Shown here: positions 60,327-64,000 of the stretch, piece by piece
How the letters are laid out: every line of letters starts with the position of its first letter
Numbering within the stretch: the stretch's first letter is position 1
DNA from: Candidatus Omnitrophota bacterium
GTDB lineage: Bacteria; Omnitrophota; Gorgyraeia; Ghiorseimicrobiales; Ghiorseimicrobiaceae
Length of the DNA stretch: 64,000 bases
Direction: 5' to 3'
Assembly: GCA_030681595.1 (NCBI GenBank)
Contig: JAUXSB010000014.1
Span: 109,071 to 173,070, forward strand
Made by a program: the position numbers and the translations under genes
The notes under the pieces: generated by a model
Database searches by the model: none
Told to the model about the DNA's origin: nothing
The model's input: only the letters and a program-made list of their open reading frames with translations

Positions 60327-61541
60327 CTACGTTTGTGAAAAAACCTGCCTTATCACTAAATTAGCCGCGCCCAATGCTACAGCGTTTTCTCCGAGGCTAG
60401 AAGGAATAATTTTAACTTCCCTCGCCATTTCCTCAAAGGCCCACTCCGAAACAGCGCGCCTGACTACATCCAGCAAAATTTCCGAAACCTCTTCCATCCC
60501 TCCGCCGATAATCAAGACCTGCGGATTAAAAATATTTACTAAATATGCCGCCCTGATACCTAAGCGCCTGCCGGCATTCTTTATTATCGATATAGCAACT
60601 TCATCTTTTGCCTTAGCCGCGTCAAATATATCCCTCAAGGTAACATTGTCTAAGCTGCCGGCCTTTTCTAAAATTTTTGAAGATTCCCTTCCGGATTTTA
60701 AAATTCTCCTTGCTTCTTCTATCATGCCCAAGTCGGCTTCCCAGCGCTTCAGAAAACAGGGGTTACCTGAAGCACAGTTAAAATCTTTATCCTCTGCTTG
60801 GCTATAAATAGAAATCTCTCCCGCGCATCCGGTTGAACCGTGATAAATATCGCCGTTAATCATTATACCGCAGCCTACCCCGGAAAAAAGAAACAAGACA
60901 TTCTTTACTTCAGGGCTAAGCGTAAGCCACTGCTCGCCGAAACAGGCGGCGGTCGCATCATTTTCAATCAAACAGGGAAGTCCGAATTCTTTTTCAATGA
61001 TATCTTTTAAAGGCAGAGTGATAGTGGCATAATTATAGCTGTCAGCTAGTTTCTGCGGCCATCTCACGCTGTCTTTTTCTTTATCAATTATGCCCGCGAT
61101 ACCCAGGCCGATGCCTTTAATTTTATCTTTTGGCTCAATACTGTCTAAAGTTTTACGGATAATCTCCAGGATGGAATTAACCACCTCTTTAACATCGTTC
61201 GTTTTCTTGTCTATTTTCATATGGGTAAAGATCTTACCGCTTAAATCCACCGAAACGGCAACCGTGTTGAAGAGATTCGTCCCCACACCGATAGAAAGGC
61301 CTGCTTCAGGATTTAAACCTAATAATACCGGACGCCTTCCTCCTCCGGAAACATCTAAATCTTTTTCTAAAACTAAATTAAGGCGGAGCAATTCGTCTAT
61401 ATAGTTAGAAATAGTAACTACATTTAGGCCGACAGACTTGGATATCTCTGCCTTACTGATAGGGCCAGCCCTTCTTATAGCATCAAGGATAGCCAGATTC
61501 TTGCGTGAGCGCTCGCTCAATAATCCTGCATTTAATTTCAT
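60327..61541 (-). CDS. ROK-family transcriptional regulator (NagC/XylR-like)
   Basis: An N-terminal winged helix-turn-helix (ISKAEISKSVGLNVVTISNYIDEL) and a ROK sugar-kinase-like domain with GIGLGIAGIID. Confidence 0.88.
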   Translation of the reverse strand: MKLNAGLLSERSRKNLAILDAIRRAGPISKAEISKSVGLNVVTISNYIDELLRLNLVLEKDLDVSGGGRRPVLLGLNPEAGLSIGVGTNLFNTVAVSVDLSGKIFTHMKIDKKTNDVKEVVNSILEIIRKTLDSIEPKDKIKGIGLGIAGIIDKEKDSVRWPQKLADSYNYATITLPLKDIIEKEFGLPCLIENDATAACFGEQWLTLSPEVKNVLFLFSGVGCGIMINGDIYHGSTGCAGEISIYSQAEDKDFNCASGNPCFLKRWEADLGMIEEARRILKSGRESSKILEKAGSLDNVTLRDIFDAAKAKDEVAISIIKNAGRRLGIRAAYLVNIFNPQVLIIGGGMEEVSEILLDVVRRAVSEWAFEEMAREVKIIPSSLGENAVALGAANLVIRQVFSQT

Positions 61542-61689
61542 TTTTTTTATGAATGAATACGGGATTTACCCGCGCAAGCAAAGTAAACCCTATTATATGA
61601 ATTTATATATTTAAAGTATCTTAACATAAAAACAATTCTAATTGCAATAGTTTTTTATAACTTTTTAAATAAGACGGGGTTACAGCTTC

Positions 61690-62985
61690 TTACTTTACCG
61701 GGTAATTTTTCCATAATTTTTTTAACATATGATATGCCGCCCTCGGCAACCTCTTGTTTAAATCCCCTTCTTTCTGTTTAAGGATGCTCACAATACCAAA
61801 CCACTCTTCATTCATATTTAAATTATTTTCCGCTTTATTATCCAAATAATAGGCGCCCTGCGACCAGCCAGCCTCGGTATCATGCACTTTCCAGTTCTCC
61901 GGGTTATCAGTATTGTGCTTCCACCATTCATCATTCCATTCAAAGATAAAACCACCCAAGCAATTTCCGGCGCCCTCTTTGCCAAAACCGGAATTCTTAA
62001 AAATTTCCTTCCACTGTGATTCCAGGAAAAAAGACTGCATTCCTTCGTCTTCGGCTTTTTTAAAACTATTATAGCTGTCGGCTCCGAATTCTATCAATAC
62101 CAGCGGTTTATCAAACATTTTCTTAAGCCCGTTGAAAATATTGCCGAATGTTTTCCCCCGGTACATTAACACCCCCACTATGTCCACATCCGGAGAAAAT
62201 TTATCCGCCACATCTAAAAATCCTAATTCGCCGTTTCCTAAGACTACCGGGTGCTCGGGGTCAATCTTATGTATTTCGCGCGCTATTTCATTTACAAAAG
62301 AATAATATATCTTTGCTCTTATATTTGCGCGCTCGGAAACTTCGGCCTTATCCGCCTCGGGACAAGACCAAGGATTAACCCTGCCAGAAAAAGAATAATT
62401 ATTTTCATTGCCTAAGATCCAACACAATATGCCTTTTTCGTCCTTATAGGTTTTTACCATATCAATTACTTCTTTTTTTATTCTGGCCCTAAATTCCACG
62501 CTGCTATAACAAGGCTGGGGGTATTCCCAGAAACCCAACCAATGCCCTAATGCCGTTCTTATGCCGTATTTTTCATAGAGGACGCGGATTGCTTTTTTTA
62601 AACCGGATGGATTAACGCTATCTCTATAAAGGCGGACTGTATTAACACCTATCTCCCGCATTAATTTTCCGTCTAAGTCCCATGGTTCAAACTTATCTAA
62701 CCCCAAGTCATAATCGTAACCTTCGCCTACCGGAGCGGGATTATAGCAGACACCTTTAATAAAATATGGCCTGCCTTCTACAAAAAGCTGAAAACGGCTA
62801 TCTTTTGTTTTTTTTACCTTAACTTCCGGCTCCCGGCATAAAAATATAACCCACCAAGACACGCCGATGATAAGCAAAACGAAAATAGTAAAACGCCAGA
62901 ACCTAAGATTAAATCTTAGGTTCTGGCGCCTTAGCCAATGATGTTTTATTTTATGATACTTATGCTTATTCGTACCTAATCTCAT
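61690..62985 (-). CDS. Membrane-anchored TIM-barrel glycoside hydrolase (GH5-like clan GH-A), putative
   Basis: An N-terminal TM helix. VNTVRLY and ILGNENN (a candidate acid/base NE) and FEWNDEWW fit a clan GH-A barrel. Confidence 0.5.
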   Translation of the reverse strand: MRLGTNKHKYHKIKHHWLRRQNLRFNLRFWRFTIFVLLIIGVSWWVIFLCREPEVKVKKTKDSRFQLFVEGRPYFIKGVCYNPAPVGEGYDYDLGLDKFEPWDLDGKLMREIGVNTVRLYRDSVNPSGLKKAIRVLYEKYGIRTALGHWLGFWEYPQPCYSSVEFRARIKKEVIDMVKTYKDEKGILCWILGNENNYSFSGRVNPWSCPEADKAEVSERANIRAKIYYSFVNEIAREIHKIDPEHPVVLGNGELGFLDVADKFSPDVDIVGVLMYRGKTFGNIFNGLKKMFDKPLVLIEFGADSYNSFKKAEDEGMQSFFLESQWKEIFKNSGFGKEGAGNCLGGFIFEWNDEWWKHNTDNPENWKVHDTEAGWSQGAYYLDNKAENNLNMNEEWFGIVSILKQKEGDLNKRLPRAAYHMLKKLWKNYPVK

Positions 62986-64000
62986 CCAAATAGAAAGTAG
63001 CGCCTTCGGGATTTACATCCACGTTGGTCGCCCAGCAGAAACCGCCGATAATCGAAGAAAAATCTTTACCCTTCAAATCAACAGTATATTGTTTCCAGTC
63101 CTTGGTCAATATTACCGGGCCGACAGCGGCAACATCGGTATCCGAATATTCCCCGAATAGGCCTCCTGCCTTAAACTCCTCAATACGCTCCCCTCCTTTT
63201 GCGCCGCGCGCCCAAAAGGTAAGCCTTGTGGCATTGGAAAGGTCGTATCCGCCTTTTTTATCGCCCCAATTATTAGCCGGATTCTGCCAATAAATCCCCG
63301 CCCAGCGCGCGCCTTGCGCGCCTTTTCCGGAATAGGCAATCTTAATACAACCGTTACCCATATAAGGGTCTTCAACGGACCCGATATCAATCTTGATATC
63401 GCCGTAATCACCCATCCAACCGGAAGGTATATAATGGTTACTTACGGAGCCTTTATCTAAATAGACATAGAAAGGCATTTTTTCCGCACCCTTAACTTCA
63501 GGCTTAATAGCGGGGTCAAATTCATATTTTATATCGTCAAAATAAAACTCAGCTCCTTCGGCATTGCTATCTGCATTCATTACCCAGCCAAATCCGCCCG
63601 AGATATAAGAAAGGTTCTTCTCGGATAAATTTACCGTATATTGCTGCCAGTCGCTTCCCAAAACAATCGGGCCCATCTCTATTTCATCGGAATCGGCGTA
63701 GACGCCTTTAATTCCGCCGATAATCACTTTATCAACAACTTCCCCTCCTTTTGCGCCGCGCGCCCAAAAGGTAAGCTTTGTCATGCCCGTTAGATCAAAT
63801 CCTCCGTTTTTTGAACCCCAATTGTTAGCCGGGTTCTGCCAGTACGTACCCGCCCAACCCTGATTATTTGACTTTTTTGCGGAATAAATAAACTGAATAC
63901 AGCTTGAGCCGGAATGCGGGCTATTAGCGAATTCATCATTAATTTTTATATCTCCGTAATCACCCATCCACCCCGAAGGTATGTAATGGTTATCGGGGGA
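62966..64000 (-). CDS. Tandem-repeat beta-sandwich, putative carbohydrate-binding-module protein. The 5' end lies beyond the window, and a third repeat begins at the edge.
   Basis: Two repeats of about 165 aa: GWMGDYGDIKI...YWQNPANNWG...LTFWARGAKGGE...FY-D-I-YE. The reverse complement of the last 30 nt starts another IPSGWMGD repeat. Confidence 0.5.
   Translation of the reverse strand, partial: SPDNHYIPSGWMGDYGDIKINDEFANSPHSGSSCIQFIYSAKKSNNQGWAGTYWQNPANNWGSKNGGFDLTGMTKLTFWARGAKGGEVVDKVIIGGIKGVYADSDEIEMGPIVLGSDWQQYTVNLSEKNLSYISGGFGWVMNADSNAEGAEFYFDDIKYEFDPAIKPEVKGAEKMPFYVYLDKGSVSNHYIPSGWMGDYGDIKIDIGSVEDPYMGNGCIKIAYSGKGAQGARWAGIYWQNPANNWGDKKGGYDLSNATRLTFWARGAKGGERIEEFKAGGLFGEYSDTDVAAVGPVILTKDWKQYTVDLKGKDFSSIIGGFCWATNVDVNPEGATFYLDEIRYE

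Overview
The window is a 64 kb chromosomal segment from a moderate-GC, diderm, probably uncultivated bacterium. About 90% is coding and nearly all genes are on the minus strand. The diderm call rests on lpxB, an MsbA-like exporter, pgsA/pgpA, type IV pilin and GspE/PilT-like genes. Several enzymes are of the archaeal type: a cupin phosphoglucose isomerase, ApgM, a short AhcY and NrdJ.

Housekeeping content:
- ahcY-metK.
- A regulatory PTS set: ptsN-yvcK-ptsH-ptsI.
- Three tRNAs: Gly-GCC, Leu-TAG and Lys-TTT.
- frr-pyrH-tsf-rpsB.
- A complete riboflavin operon (ribBA-ribH-nusB-PHP-ribD-ribE) behind an FMN riboswitch.
- pnp-rpsO, ftsK, rodZ, rimO, aroA, dprA, mnmG, nrdJ, apgM.
- A carbohydrate-use locus at the 3' end: LacI and ROK regulators, a glycoside hydrolase and a tandem-repeat carbohydrate-binding-module-like (CBM-like) protein.

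Non-housekeeping content:
- A roughly 2.5 kb islet at 14.7-17.2 kb is bracketed by 43-bp direct repeats. It encodes a DUF1814/AbiEii-family nucleotidyltransferase translationally coupled to a protein with a C-terminal XRE helix-turn-helix, plus a small NPPH-motif methyltransferase. The operon has a textbook sigma70 promoter with two palindromic operators. I consider this the best candidate for an undescribed toxin-antitoxin or abortive-infection-like module.
- A cytoplasmic papain-family (C1) cysteine protease is co-transcribed with a novel seven-fold repeat protein.
- A REP-associated tyrosine transposase (RAYT) is flanked by identical 30-31 bp palindromes, and lies next to an AT-rich foreign-looking gene.
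- Several families of nested palindromic intergenic repeats (REP/MITE-like) occur, notably around ribH, in the rib leader and after nrdJ.
- A 21-nt duplication of the tRNA-Gly 3' end looks like an att-site scar.
- A Met/Gly-rich small membrane protein is present.
- Two paralogous coiled-coil membrane proteins are present.

No rRNA and no CRISPR array were seen.
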